Assembly: GCA_963790205.1 (NCBI GenBank)
Contig: CAWBNQ010000002.1
Span: 160,001-224,000, forward strand
Direction of reading: 5' to 3'
DNA length: 64,000 nucleotides
Source of the DNA: Nitrospirota bacterium
Lineage (GTDB): Bacteria; Nitrospirota; UBA9217
The notes beneath the pieces are model-generated. The model saw only the letters and a list, made by a program, of their open reading frames with translations. It was not told the origin of the DNA and ran no database searches. Below, piece after piece: positions 28,742 through 38,614 of the stretch. Position 1 is the stretch's first letter; each line of letters starts with the position of its first letter. Made by a program: the position numbers and the translations under genes.

Positions 28742-29206
28742 TTAAGCGCTTTTCTTCCCACCGATGTTTCCAAAATTTATTATTACAATTGGCAATAGAA
28801 GAACCAATAAAATTATTGTAAAGACCGCCATGAACGATGAATTAAATTTCACAGACAAAACATAACCGACAAAAGAAGAACACCCCAGAATGATCAGCCA
28901 CTTTTTACTTTTTCTCCAGTTGGCTTCGATCTGTTCTTTTTTTAAATGTTCGCGAAGGGGATAACCGCAGTCAGGGCAGGTAATCGCGGCGCGAGCCGGA
29001 TTGTTATTGCATACCGGACATTTTGTTTTGTCGGGGTTCAGCGGCTGAGAGGCAGAACTGCTCTCGACATAATTAAGGAGATATTGTTTCAAATCATCTT
29101 TAAGCTCGCTTACGTTCTCTTCCTCCGAAGGCAACCGTCGACCTCTCTTGATTGCTTCTTCAGATAAGTTAATTATCTTGTTCGGCTTATTTTCAGTATC
29201 GTTCAT
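28742..29206 (-). CDS. Hypothetical protein with double CxxC zinc ribbon and two C-terminal TM helices
   Basis: CPVC..CPDCG; hydrophobic C-terminus; directly downstream of the XRE gene. Confidence 0.65.
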   Translation of the reverse strand: MNDTENKPNKIINLSEEAIKRGRRLPSEEENVSELKDDLKQYLLNYVESSSASQPLNPDKTKCPVCNNNPARAAITCPDCGYPLREHLKKEQIEANWRKSKKWLIILGCSSFVGYVLSVKFNSSFMAVFTIILLVLLLPIVIINFGNIGGKKSA

Positions 29207-29218
29207 GGACGTTCTTTA

Positions 29219-29647
29219 CTACGCGGACCTTTTCGAATGCTTGACCACATCCGCGGCCCCGGTTTTTTTACTCTCGACCTTTTCCTTCATGAATTTACTG
29301 ATCAAGTCTTTTTTCTTTTTGGGGGATAAATTGCTGTCAATTTCCGTCAAAAAACTATTGAGCAAATTGACCAGTTCTTCGGGCTCGCCGAAAATATCCA
29401 CTTTTCTCGATTTGGAGACGGATACCGGGGTTTCTTCGAAAAAAACACGTCGCGCCTCATGTTCGTCCACATCATACGCCTTGCAGACCTTCAGAAGCGT
29501 ATCATAGCTGGGTTTTAAAATTCCTCCACGCTCCATCTGGTTCAGCATCGACGGAGAAAGGCCGGTCTTATCCGCCATTTTGACAAGGCTGAAACCCAAT
29601 TTATTTCTTCTTGCTGTAAGATACCCGCCGAATTCTGATCTATCCAT
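29219..29647 (-). CDS. XRE-family HTH regulator (probable element repressor)
   Basis: FGGYLTARRNKLGFSLVKMADKTGLSPSMLNQMERG..KPS..TL; divergent from the rep operon. Confidence 0.85.
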   Translation of the reverse strand: MDRSEFGGYLTARRNKLGFSLVKMADKTGLSPSMLNQMERGGILKPSYDTLLKVCKAYDVDEHEARRVFFEETPVSVSKSRKVDIFGEPEELVNLLNSFLTEIDSNLSPKKKKDLISKFMKEKVESKKTGAADVVKHSKRSA

Positions 29648-29734
29648 ACAGTGTATTATATACTACTTGAAGGGCTCTGTAAAGCAATATAACGCTTGAC
29701 TTTAAAATATAATATACAGTATACTGTATAAAGT
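29648..29734. promoter_or_regulatory. Divergent promoter switch with palindromic operator
   Basis: Minus: TTTACA (29678-29683)-17-TATAAT (29655-29660); plus: TTGACT (29696-29701)-18-TATACT (29720-29725) overlapped by TATACAGTATACTGTATA. Confidence 0.7.
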
Positions 29735-30145
29735 ATGAATGAGACCATTGTCGATGAGCTGTACCTGCGGGAACACTTACGGCTTAGTGAGTCTTTTATA
29801 GCGAGACACAGCCGCAGTATGGGTTGTTTCGCGCGAAAGCCGCGAAGATTCTTTCTGGCTCAGGTCATGGCGCATCTCGAATTTCTGGCAGCAGAAGCAC
29901 AGGCTAGGGCGCATGGCCGAAAGTCGGCGCAAACGACACAAATCCGCAACGTGCGACGGATGGCAGACCATGTTATCCAATCGAAATACAAAAAATTGAA
30001 AGACGGGGTAACGGATTTTGCCGAGTATTTCGCCCGACAATACGATGGCGAAGACGCCCCTGGTAAGACGAATCGCAAGAGATATAAGGGCATCCAGGGA
30101 GAACACAACACTAAGACGGACTTGCCGGCTGCGGAGACGGTGTGA
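29735..30145 (+). CDS. Hypothetical protein (first gene of rep operon)
   Basis: 136-aa ORF overlapping the next gene by GTGA; follows the promoter directly. Confidence 0.6.
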   Translation: MNETIVDELYLREHLRLSESFIARHSRSMGCFARKPRRFFLAQVMAHLEFLAAEAQARAHGRKSAQTTQIRNVRRMADHVIQSKYKKLKDGVTDFAEYFARQYDGEDAPGKTNRKRYKGIQGEHNTKTDLPAAETV

Positions 30146-31071
30146 AGAATAGAATTAATGATGATAGTGATGAGATAGTCATTATTGATGAAACCAACCG
30201 AGGATTCACCGTGGTCGCTCAATGGATTCTTGAGCTGCCGCTGCGTGCTACGCCGAAAATGGTATTTATCGCCCTTAAATCATTTTCCGGCTTTGCCGAG
30301 ATCAGGCCGTCAATCAGAACAGTAGCACTGAGAGCGGGTTGCTCTCGCTCCACAGTAAAACGCTGTGTCCAGATATTGGAAAAGAAAAAGCTGGTTTACA
30401 TAAAACAGGGAAAACGGCCAGATGGAGGAGACGGTGCCAATATTTACGTTCTACGAAATCCTGACGATAAGCCCCCGGTTCAAAATGAACCCGGGGTCAA
30501 TATGAACCAGGCCCAGGGTCACAGTGGACCGGGGGCCAGGTTCAATGTGAACCCCCAAAAGAATAATAACAAACAATACATAAAAACACACATGGTCGAT
30601 AGTGTGTCTGCTGAAGCTGTTGAAGAGATACTGTCAGGCAGGTTTTCAAGTGTTGACCGCAACTGGCTTATTTTGCAAATACGAAGGACCAAGCGGCCTG
30701 TAAAGGAAATATTACGAGACCTTGACCGTCTCTGCTGGCAGTACGGCAAGGCTAATGCCCAGGAAGTCAGGGCTCCAGAGGCATTGGTTCTAAAGGCAAT
30801 CTGCGAAGGCTGGGCGGAACCGGATGGATTCGTGGCTGCTGAGGATCGTAAGCGAAGGTCTCAGGAGTCGGAATCTGCTGCTTCCCAGGCCGAGGCAGCA
30901 GAACGAGCACGTGAAGAAGCTGAGGCGCGACACTGGGAGGCGGCTAGGAAACAGTTTCGAAATTTGTCAGAAGCCGAGCAGCAAAGATATTTAACGAGGT
31001 ATTCATGGATGCGCCATGAACGGCGTGAAGCGGCGGCCATCGGCGCATATATGCGGAAGACGGGCATATAA
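30142..31071 (+). CDS. HTH_36-type replication initiator-like protein
   Basis: RGFTVV..W, KMVFIALKSF..IRPSIRTVALRAGCSRSTVKRCVQILEKKKLV..NIY.L winged helix; internal iterons. Confidence 0.72.
   Translation: MKNRINDDSDEIVIIDETNRGFTVVAQWILELPLRATPKMVFIALKSFSGFAEIRPSIRTVALRAGCSRSTVKRCVQILEKKKLVYIKQGKRPDGGDGANIYVLRNPDDKPPVQNEPGVNMNQAQGHSGPGARFNVNPQKNNNKQYIKTHMVDSVSAEAVEEILSGRFSSVDRNWLILQIRRTKRPVKEILRDLDRLCWQYGKANAQEVRAPEALVLKAICEGWAEPDGFVAAEDRKRRSQESESAASQAEAAERAREEAEARHWEAARKQFRNLSEAEQQRYLTRYSWMRHERREAAAIGAYMRKTGI
30477..30590 (+). repeat. Four 15-bp imperfect palindromic iterons plus A-rich tract (putative ori inside rep)
   Basis: GGTTCAAAATGAACC 30477, GGGTCAATATGAACC 30494, GGGTCACAGTGGACC 30516, GGTTCAATGTGAACC 30539; then AAAAGAATAATAACAAACAATACATAAAAACACA. 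Confidence 0.75.
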
Positions 31072-31092
31072 CGCGAGAAGGGATTTAGCATC

Positions 31093-33918
31093 ATGCTTTC
31101 TATCACGAATGTCTCCACTGCCCAAGCTGGTTCCTACTATCAAAAGGATTCATACTACGCCGCCGAGCCCGGCGAATGGCAGGGTAGGGGCGCGGATGCA
31201 CTCGGCCTTCGGGGGGAAATAACTTACGACGATTTCAAAAGAGTGGTCCGGGGTTTCGATCCTCGCAATCCTGATATCGAGAAACCGTTTGTCGGTGACG
31301 GCGCCAACGGTACGCGGAGGGCCGGGACAGATTTAACTTTTTCCGCGGGAAAGGGGCTGTCCTTACAGGCACTTGTACATGGCGACATGAACATTACCCT
31401 GGCTCACCGCGAAGCCGTGTCCGCGACTCTGGATTACATTGAACAGCATTACGGACAGGTGCGTGAGATGACGGATGGCGTGTCCTCAAAAGTGTATACC
31501 GGTAACCTCGTCATCGCCAAGTTCGACCATTCTACCAGTCGCGAGCTGGACCCGCAGCTTCATACACACGCGCTCGTGCTTAATCTTTCGCAAAAAAAAG
31601 ACGGCTCATGGAGAGCGCTGTCGAATGAGAAGCTATACGAAGCGAAGATGTTTATCGGTCAGTATTACAGAAGCGAAGTCGCCGCACGAATTGTGGAGCA
31701 AGGCTATGCCATAGAGACCCAATTGGGCGGGCTGTTCGATCTCCGGGGCGTGGACGAGAAATTGAAAGAAGTATTCTCATCCCGGTCTGAACAAATTGAC
31801 AATAAAATGAACGAGCTCCGCAAGGACTATCCGAACGCCGCAGATCAGAAGCTCCGCGAGATGGCGGCCCTCGGTTCCCGCGTTGCAAAGCAGGACGTGG
31901 ACATGAGCATTGTCCGAGAGTTATGGAATGCACGACTCAGTGAACTTGGATACTCGAGGGAGGGCATTGACCAGGCAGTGAAGAGTAAAGCTCGGCGGGC
32001 CGAGGCGGGAAAAGACATATCTCAGCAGATGAGCAGTTACGATGCAGTGCGCACAGCGACCCGAATCATTACCGAGCAAGAGTCGGTTTTCACAAAAGAA
32101 GAATTGCTAAGGACTGCCGGGGCTCTCACCCTGGGGACTTTCCGCATTTCTGAACTCGAACGCATAACCCGCGGCATGGAGAAAAATGGTGAATTGATCA
32201 AGATGGGCAACGAATACACCACGGTGGAGATGAAGCGTATTGAGGCTCTGAACGTTCGACTCATGAAAACGGGCCAGGGGCAAGAAACGTCTATCATGAG
32301 CGAGGGTGAGGCCAAATCGTTGATTCAATCCAATTACCCCTACCTCACTCATGGCCAAGCGTCGGCATTTACGAACATACTCACGACGCATGACCGGATC
32401 ATCGGCGTCCAGGGCTACGCCGGAACAGGGAAAACAACGCTTTTCCACGCCATCCGGGAACAAGCGGAATCTCAAGGGTTGAAAATTCAGGGACTCAGCT
32501 TCACGGGTAAAGCAGCTGAAGAAATTCAAAAAAATTCCGGGATCACGAGCAGTACGATAGACTCTTTTTTTGCACGCGGCCAAAAGATGGAGTCTGACGC
32601 AATCTATGTCGTGGATGAGGCCAGCATGATCGGCAGCCGTCACGTAAACCGGCTTGAACGAATGGCGATCGAAAGCAAGGCTCGCCTGGTTCTCTCCGGG
32701 GATGCCAAACAGCTCCCGGCGATATCAGCAGGCTGTCCCTTCGCTGAATTGCAAAAAAATGGTATGAGCACCACGGTGATGGGGGAGATCGTCAGACAGA
32801 AGGATGGTGCCTATCGGGAGATCGTAAAGGACATCGTCGATGTAAAAATCGATAATGCCTTTGAAAAACTTGCCGCTCATGACAAGCTCAAAGTCATCCC
32901 GGACCGGGCCGAGCGGATCGAGGAGATAGTGAGAAGCTATACGAAAGACGAGGATTGGCGGAATACGATCATCACGACGCAATATAACGCAGACCGGGAC
33001 GACCTGAACGGAAAAATACGTGAGACCTTGCAAGAACGCGGAGAACTCGGCAGGCATGAAATTCGGGTTGCTGCGAGAGTCCCGAAATCGCTCTCGCCCC
33101 TCGAACACCACTTCGCCCAGTCATATCAACGGGGCGATCATATTTTTGCAAGATTTTCCGGGAGCGGGATGAGGGCCGGGGCCGAGGGGCAGATCGTCGG
33201 CATAGACTCCCAGGCTCATACACTGTTCGTCGAGAAATCATTGTCAGGAGAAAAGGTCGAGATCGACCTCAAGACAGCGGGAGAGATGTTGACGGTATTT
33301 CAAGAGCAAAGGATCTCCCTTGCGCCCGGCGAGAAGGTCGTTTTTTTGAAAAACGACTCACAGCTCGGGCTTAAAAACGGGCAGACAGCTGAATTCAAGA
33401 AAGTTGATTCCGTGTCCGGGAAACTCATGTTCGAAAGAAACAGCGGAAGGGTCCAGTTTACCATCGAGGAATATAACTATCTGGACTATGGCTATGCCCG
33501 GACAGTTCATAAGGGACAGGGAGTAACCGAGCGCAATGTCATCGTCCATGCCCCCGCAAACGGTCAAAGTTATAACAGCTTCTATGTGGGCGTGACCCGA
33601 GGACAGTATAACGTAAAAGTCTTCACGGACGACCGCCAGGCACTTGAGGCAAGGGTGAGGGAGGAAATCGAGAAAACATCCTCTTACCGTGAGCGGGAAC
33701 GAGAGCAGGAAACAGGCCTATCAGATGAGCGAAAGGCCGACAGTATCAAAAAGGATCAGGGCCTGGCGGGAGAAGATACCATGCGTATTGATTCTGACAT
33801 TCCCCCCGATTCCTTTAAATCGGACGAAGCAGGAAAGGAGGCCTCAAAGTCCTCGGGAGGGGCTGAAAAGGGCACTATCGCTCTTTCCCGGGGCAGGGAA
33901 ATCGAACTGGAGATGTAA
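31093..33918 (+). CDS. trwC: MOBF conjugative relaxase-helicase (TrwC/TraI)
   Basis: GSYYQKDSYY, W.G.GA..LGL.G, DLTFSAGK, H.TSRELDPQLHTH, FSSRSEQI; helicase QGYAGTGKT, VDEASM, GDAKQL, YARTVHKGQG.T, YVGVTR. Confidence 0.95.
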   Translation: MLSITNVSTAQAGSYYQKDSYYAAEPGEWQGRGADALGLRGEITYDDFKRVVRGFDPRNPDIEKPFVGDGANGTRRAGTDLTFSAGKGLSLQALVHGDMNITLAHREAVSATLDYIEQHYGQVREMTDGVSSKVYTGNLVIAKFDHSTSRELDPQLHTHALVLNLSQKKDGSWRALSNEKLYEAKMFIGQYYRSEVAARIVEQGYAIETQLGGLFDLRGVDEKLKEVFSSRSEQIDNKMNELRKDYPNAADQKLREMAALGSRVAKQDVDMSIVRELWNARLSELGYSREGIDQAVKSKARRAEAGKDISQQMSSYDAVRTATRIITEQESVFTKEELLRTAGALTLGTFRISELERITRGMEKNGELIKMGNEYTTVEMKRIEALNVRLMKTGQGQETSIMSEGEAKSLIQSNYPYLTHGQASAFTNILTTHDRIIGVQGYAGTGKTTLFHAIREQAESQGLKIQGLSFTGKAAEEIQKNSGITSSTIDSFFARGQKMESDAIYVVDEASMIGSRHVNRLERMAIESKARLVLSGDAKQLPAISAGCPFAELQKNGMSTTVMGEIVRQKDGAYREIVKDIVDVKIDNAFEKLAAHDKLKVIPDRAERIEEIVRSYTKDEDWRNTIITTQYNADRDDLNGKIRETLQERGELGRHEIRVAARVPKSLSPLEHHFAQSYQRGDHIFARFSGSGMRAGAEGQIVGIDSQAHTLFVEKSLSGEKVEIDLKTAGEMLTVFQEQRISLAPGEKVVFLKNDSQLGLKNGQTAEFKKVDSVSGKLMFERNSGRVQFTIEEYNYLDYGYARTVHKGQGVTERNVIVHAPANGQSYNSFYVGVTRGQYNVKVFTDDRQALEARVREEIEKTSSYREREREQETGLSDERKADSIKKDQGLAGEDTMRIDSDIPPDSFKSDEAGKEASKSSGGAEKGTIALSRGREIELEM

Positions 33919-34248
33919 TCCGACGCGCTGTGCCGCAAGGAAGAAACAGTCCGATGGAGGTCAAAAAGAGGTAGCGCTTAGCGTTGTTTCTTTGCGCTCG
34001 TCTTGTTCACACCCAACGCAACCTGTCGTTGCCTTGGGCGTTTACAAACATCAAAATTACAGACAAAATCCTCGAATTATCAACAGATTTGGCGTATACG
34101 CTCTTGTATACGTTAGCTCGAGAAAAAAGCGGTTTCAGCCGCGCCAGTACAGGCGTTAACGGCGTTAACCAAAATTTGACGAAGCATAATAGCGTGAAAC
34201 ATGTGGTGTGGCGTGCACCACATCACACCACAACAAACAGGAGGGACT

Positions 34249-35238
34249 ATGACTGCAATAGGAATTGACATGGGCAAATCTGCGGTGAAGTACGCAAGTG
34301 GAGCCGGGGTCGGGGAGATCCCCTCCTATGTTGCACGAGGGACTATTACCCGCGTTCTTCCGGCCCAAGGTAATGGGAACCGGTCGGTTTCGGTCAAAGT
34401 GGACGGTATCGATTGGCTGCTTGGAGAGGATGCGACAATGGGCACAAATTTCGTCTGGCAGACGGATGAAAACAAGGGAGGTGAAAGGAACCAGCTTTTC
34501 ATGCTGGCGGTCTTGGGCATGCTCGGTCTCAGCGAAGCCGATGTGGTGGTCGGGCTACCCGTCAGTCTGGCTGAAAATGAAAAGGTACGTGAGGCGGCCA
34601 AGAAGGCTTTCTCAGGTGAGAGGCAAACGATTGTCAACGGACGGGAAATGACATTCCGAATCAATGCCCGTGTGGTTGCTGAGCCGCTTGGGACGTATTT
34701 CAGTTTGGTTTTGGACGAACAGGCCCGGCCCCTCACTTCATCGCCCTTTTACCGGGACCAGATGGCAGTAGTCGATATCGGCTTCAGGACTGTGGATATA
34801 GTCACGCTTCGCTCCGGTAGGCTGGCAGCAGCGAAGGATTCAACGCTTTCCGGAACCGTGACCCTTTTCGAAAAGGCATGGAAGCTCTTGGAGCAAAACC
34901 ATGGCATGCTCAAGGCAAATGAACGCGTGAAGGTCTACGAAACAGCTACCAGAAACTTCGGAACATCTCATCTCAGCATTAACGGCGAATACGTATCGCA
35001 GGGTTTCTGGAGCGAGATCGTCAAACTGAAACGACAGCTTGCCCACGATATCGTGGATGAGGTCAGAGGTACTCTTGGCAATATCCGTCCCGATCACATT
35101 GTTGTGACCGGAGGAGGCGGTCTATTTCTGAAGGATGATCTGCTCGCTACTGAAAAGAGCCTGACAATACACCCAAACCCCAGGTTTGCAAATTCAATCG
35201 GTTTTTATCGCGCTGCGCTCGCCGGAGCCAGGAGGTAA
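34249..35238 (+). CDS. parM: ParM/StbA actin-like partitioning ATPase
   Basis: IGIDMGKSAVK, VVVGLP, EPLG, VVDIGFRTVD, VTGGGG, FANSIGF; RBS GGAGG. Confidence 0.88.
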   Translation: MTAIGIDMGKSAVKYASGAGVGEIPSYVARGTITRVLPAQGNGNRSVSVKVDGIDWLLGEDATMGTNFVWQTDENKGGERNQLFMLAVLGMLGLSEADVVVGLPVSLAENEKVREAAKKAFSGERQTIVNGREMTFRINARVVAEPLGTYFSLVLDEQARPLTSSPFYRDQMAVVDIGFRTVDIVTLRSGRLAAAKDSTLSGTVTLFEKAWKLLEQNHGMLKANERVKVYETATRNFGTSHLSINGEYVSQGFWSEIVKLKRQLAHDIVDEVRGTLGNIRPDHIVVTGGGGLFLKDDLLATEKSLTIHPNPRFANSIGFYRAALAGARR

Positions 35239-35241
35239 GGG

Positions 35242-35652
35242 ATGCCGGACCTGCGTTTCCTCAATGTCCGCTTCAACCTCGATGCCCCGGACGAACAAGC
35301 TATATTCAAAGCTTTAAACGCCTATCCAACCGGCGCAAGGAGTCAAGTGGTACGGAAGGCCCTGGCCGCATACTTGGGGATCGAGATCGGGACAGAGGAG
35401 AGCAGGGCAACTCAAATGCCTGCTCGTAAGTCCAAACCTTTGCAGACTCATGGTAGGGGAGGTACCAAGGCGCCAAAGACACATATCATTGAGCCGGCAG
35501 AGAGCTCAGGACCCGGTCAGGAAAAACATCGAGAAAAGCACCGTGAAGAACCGGCTCCTGAATCAGTGGTCGATTCTGCTCATGTCCAGGAAGGGGATGA
35601 AAGCGTTGACGAACGAGACGCGGTCAAAGGACTCCTTTCAATGTTGCATTGA
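35242..35652 (+). CDS. ParR-like DNA-binding adaptor (putative)
   Basis: Immediately after parM; RHH-like N-terminus (LNVRFN..EQAIFKAL..RSQVVRKALAAY), disordered middle, short C-terminal helix. Confidence 0.6.
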   Translation: MPDLRFLNVRFNLDAPDEQAIFKALNAYPTGARSQVVRKALAAYLGIEIGTEESRATQMPARKSKPLQTHGRGGTKAPKTHIIEPAESSGPGQEKHREKHREEPAPESVVDSAHVQEGDESVDERDAVKGLLSMLH

Positions 35653-35882
35653 AGAGGCGAGATGTAGGAAGAAGTAACGTTCTGGTTTGTGTTTCGTACT
35701 CTTGATGGGGATGTCAGACGAATCGAAGATGCCAATTACTTAAGATATGCTGAACCTTGTGGACATGGCTTCGCTTGACCGAGCCAGGGGACTTATCATA
35801 TCACACATTGTGGCGTCGCTTAACGGGTCCATTCGCGGGCCATGGGAGTCGCAGGCTTGAATTGCATGAAAAAGGAGCTTAG

Positions 35883-36251
35883 ATGAAGACGATTGGCGTA
35901 AGACTTGATGGAGAGGCAATACGAACTCTAAGAGACCGGGCTGTTGAGAACGGCCAGACGATATCTGAGACGGTCAGGTCAATCATCATGGATGCCCAGG
36001 AGCGCGAAAGATTGGAGTCGAGGCTGTCTACTATTGAGGTCAGACTCAATGGTCTGGTCGATGCTTTTCGGGAGATGGACGGCTTACGGCGCTTTCGGAG
36101 CCTCTACGCTCAAACAAAACGAACCACAATCGCCGTTGATGAACTTGTCCGCGCATTGCTTGGAGATCAGAAATACGCAGGCTGGAAGACGGTCGTGGAC
36201 AAGGCTATGAAGGAAGCTGCTACCCAGGTAGTCTCAAAAATCGACAAATAG
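35883..36251 (+). CDS. Ribbon-helix-helix + coiled-coil protein (possible relaxosome accessory)
   Basis: MKTIGVRLD..LRDRAVENGQTISETVRSII; RBS AAGGAG; upstream of T4CP. Confidence 0.6.
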   Translation: MKTIGVRLDGEAIRTLRDRAVENGQTISETVRSIIMDAQERERLESRLSTIEVRLNGLVDAFREMDGLRRFRSLYAQTKRTTIAVDELVRALLGDQKYAGWKTVVDKAMKEAATQVVSKIDK

Positions 36252-36265
36252 GAGGACAGGATAAC

Positions 36266-36526
36266 ATGAAACAGGCAACGGAAAAGTCCATAGAGGCGAT
36301 GACCAGGTGGGAATTTGGTGAGCATCTCCGCGTGCTCAGGCAGAAAAAAGGACTGAGCATGAAGAAACAGGCGGAAAGTCTTGGTGTTTCGGCCCAACAG
36401 CTTCAGAACCTTGAACACGGTGGTGTGGTCCAGCCGAAATATGGCACTGTCGTGAAGCTTTCACGGGCGTTCAGGATCAGGGAGAAACAGATATTGAAGG
36501 TCTTTTTTCACAAGGATACAAAATGA
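36266..36526 (+). CDS. XRE-family HTH protein
   Basis: FGEHLRVLRQKKGLS..QAESLGVSAQQLQNLEHG..QP. Confidence 0.8.
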   Translation: MKQATEKSIEAMTRWEFGEHLRVLRQKKGLSMKKQAESLGVSAQQLQNLEHGGVVQPKYGTVVKLSRAFRIREKQILKVFFHKDTK

Positions 36527-38394
36527 GTAAATTAAACAAGCCAAAAGCTTTTGAAGGTTTTGAAACCTGGCGGAATGGCCTCAAGATGACACTCAAGATG
36601 GCTTGTTTGGCTACTTGGATTGTCCTGTTCATGCAGATACTGATTCTCGTTCTCTTGTTTTTGGCATTTTTTACGAGAGAAGAGATCAAAGGATTCGGAC
36701 AATTTCTGATCAGCATATTGGTAAGCCAGCTCTGGCCGACTTTTGTTCTCCATTTTGTTACCTTTGGACATCACTGGAAGCCTCAGGCGGCAGAAGCGGA
36801 AGCCGTCCTCTCTAAGCTCTTGCGACCATTGATGCCGCGTGTCTGGACGGTTATCGGTACGTCGTTTATCACATGGTGCCTCTGGCCGGGTATTATCGGA
36901 TGGTTCCGAAGGCGATCTGAAAAGCAAAGTGGGCGCCGGCACGTCCGCGGTGCTCAGCTCATCCTTGAACGGGATATGATCATAAATTTGCGTAAATCAT
37001 GCGAGCCGCTTGACATTCCTTTTGGAAGTAAAGTGAAGATGCCCCGGAGCTCGGAGGTCAAGCACGTATTCATGTGCGGGCGGCCGGGTGTCGGGAAGAC
37101 AACCCTTTATTTACAGGTGATCGAGCGGCTGATCGCACGCGGTGAAAAAATCATTATCTACGATTTTAAGGGCGATTATCTAACGCGCTTCTATAATGCT
37201 GATCGTGACCTCATATTCAACCCTCTTGATGCTCGGGGGATCAAATGGAGCATTATGAAGGAATTGAAGTCGATCATGGATATTGAGAGCGTGGCAACTT
37301 CGCTGATCCCCCAGTCCATGGGGCAGGATGCTTTTTGGGACACGGCGGCGCGCTCGGTATTCGCCGCATGTCTTCTCGACCTTCACCGGCAGGGCATGCG
37401 AAAGAACAGTGACATCTGGAAAGCGGTGAGCGCACCTGCCCTGGAGATCGAAAAACGGCTTCGCGCCCCGGGGTGCGAGCGCGGGTATAGATTTATTGAG
37501 GATGCAGACTCCAAGATGGCGAAAAGCGTGCTTGCCGTTCTCATGCAGTACGCGCAGACCTTTGAGCACATGGGCGACGACGAGGATGATTTTACCGTTG
37601 ATGCGTGGCTCACGAATGGAAAAGGCGGATGCATCTTTGTTACATCTTATGCCGAGGTCCAGGATTCGCTCAGGCCGGTTCTCTCATTATTTGTCGATCT
37701 TTTTGGGAGGCGGCTTCTGAGCCTCCCCGATGACCCTAACCGAAGGGTGTTCATACTGCTTGACGAATTCGGGACACTCCAACGGCTCAGTACTATTGTC
37801 AGGCTACTCACGCTCAGCCGGTCCAAGGGCGGTTCTGTCTGGCTTGGCATCCAGGACATCGGCCAGATCGACAAGACTTATGGTGAAAAGCACCGGCAGG
37901 CAATTGTGAATGCCTGCGGGACCTCGGCACTCTTTAGTGTCGCTGATCCAGATACCGCTGAATATCTCAGCAGAAAAATCGGAGATGCCGAGTACCTCGA
38001 AGCCGAACGCACACACTCCATGGGTGTTGCCGATAATCGGGACGGTCTCAATATCTGTGACGTAAAACGACAAGAGCGTCTAGTGCTGCCGTCTGAACTT
38101 TCGCGGCTTCCCGATTTTAAGTTCTACTTCAGCCTGCCGGGACAGCAGATCGTGCAGACGGATACTGCACGAAATGACATTTCTTATAAAGCCGAGCCGT
38201 TTGTGATGAGGGCAGGCCTGTCTCTCGATGAAACCCAGGCTGAATATCTTCGCATCGTCGCATTAGCCGAAACAGTGCGCCGCAGCGGAGACAAGGAGGC
38301 AGAGAAGGGGGGTGCGCTGAAACTCAAGGTCGATCAAGATAAAGTGAGGGATGAAAGTCGGGATATATCGGATGTCGAGGAGATGGATTTTTGA
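36523..38394 (+). CDS. traD: Type IV coupling protein (TraD/TrwB family)
   Basis: Two N-terminal TMs, HVRGAQL, GRPGVGKT, IIYDFKG, FNPLDAR, LLDEFGTL, RSKGG..LGIQ..Q...YG. Confidence 0.92.
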   Translation: MSKLNKPKAFEGFETWRNGLKMTLKMACLATWIVLFMQILILVLLFLAFFTREEIKGFGQFLISILVSQLWPTFVLHFVTFGHHWKPQAAEAEAVLSKLLRPLMPRVWTVIGTSFITWCLWPGIIGWFRRRSEKQSGRRHVRGAQLILERDMIINLRKSCEPLDIPFGSKVKMPRSSEVKHVFMCGRPGVGKTTLYLQVIERLIARGEKIIIYDFKGDYLTRFYNADRDLIFNPLDARGIKWSIMKELKSIMDIESVATSLIPQSMGQDAFWDTAARSVFAACLLDLHRQGMRKNSDIWKAVSAPALEIEKRLRAPGCERGYRFIEDADSKMAKSVLAVLMQYAQTFEHMGDDEDDFTVDAWLTNGKGGCIFVTSYAEVQDSLRPVLSLFVDLFGRRLLSLPDDPNRRVFILLDEFGTLQRLSTIVRLLTLSRSKGGSVWLGIQDIGQIDKTYGEKHRQAIVNACGTSALFSVADPDTAEYLSRKIGDAEYLEAERTHSMGVADNRDGLNICDVKRQERLVLPSELSRLPDFKFYFSLPGQQIVQTDTARNDISYKAEPFVMRAGLSLDETQAEYLRIVALAETVRRSGDKEAEKGGALKLKVDQDKVRDESRDISDVEEMDF

Positions 38395-38614
38395 TGAAGC
38401 ATGTATGAAATGCGACAGATTTCTTCGATGTTTCTCCAGTGGCTTATCCTACGATCGAGTTTATTTCTCATATCAGACCGCCTTTCGCGCCCATTCTCGT
38501 TCCTTTGCTACATGGTCATCTCCCACGTAGTTTTTCCATCTCTTCTCTGGACTTTTAAAGCTACTTATAGTAATGTTTTGAAATATTAGTAGAAGTATGC
38601 GCGGGGGGAGGAGC

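Noticed and set aside
26631..31071. Prophage interpretation of int-xis-repressor-rep
   Set aside because: No structural, packaging or lysis genes; followed by relaxase, T4CP and T4SS.
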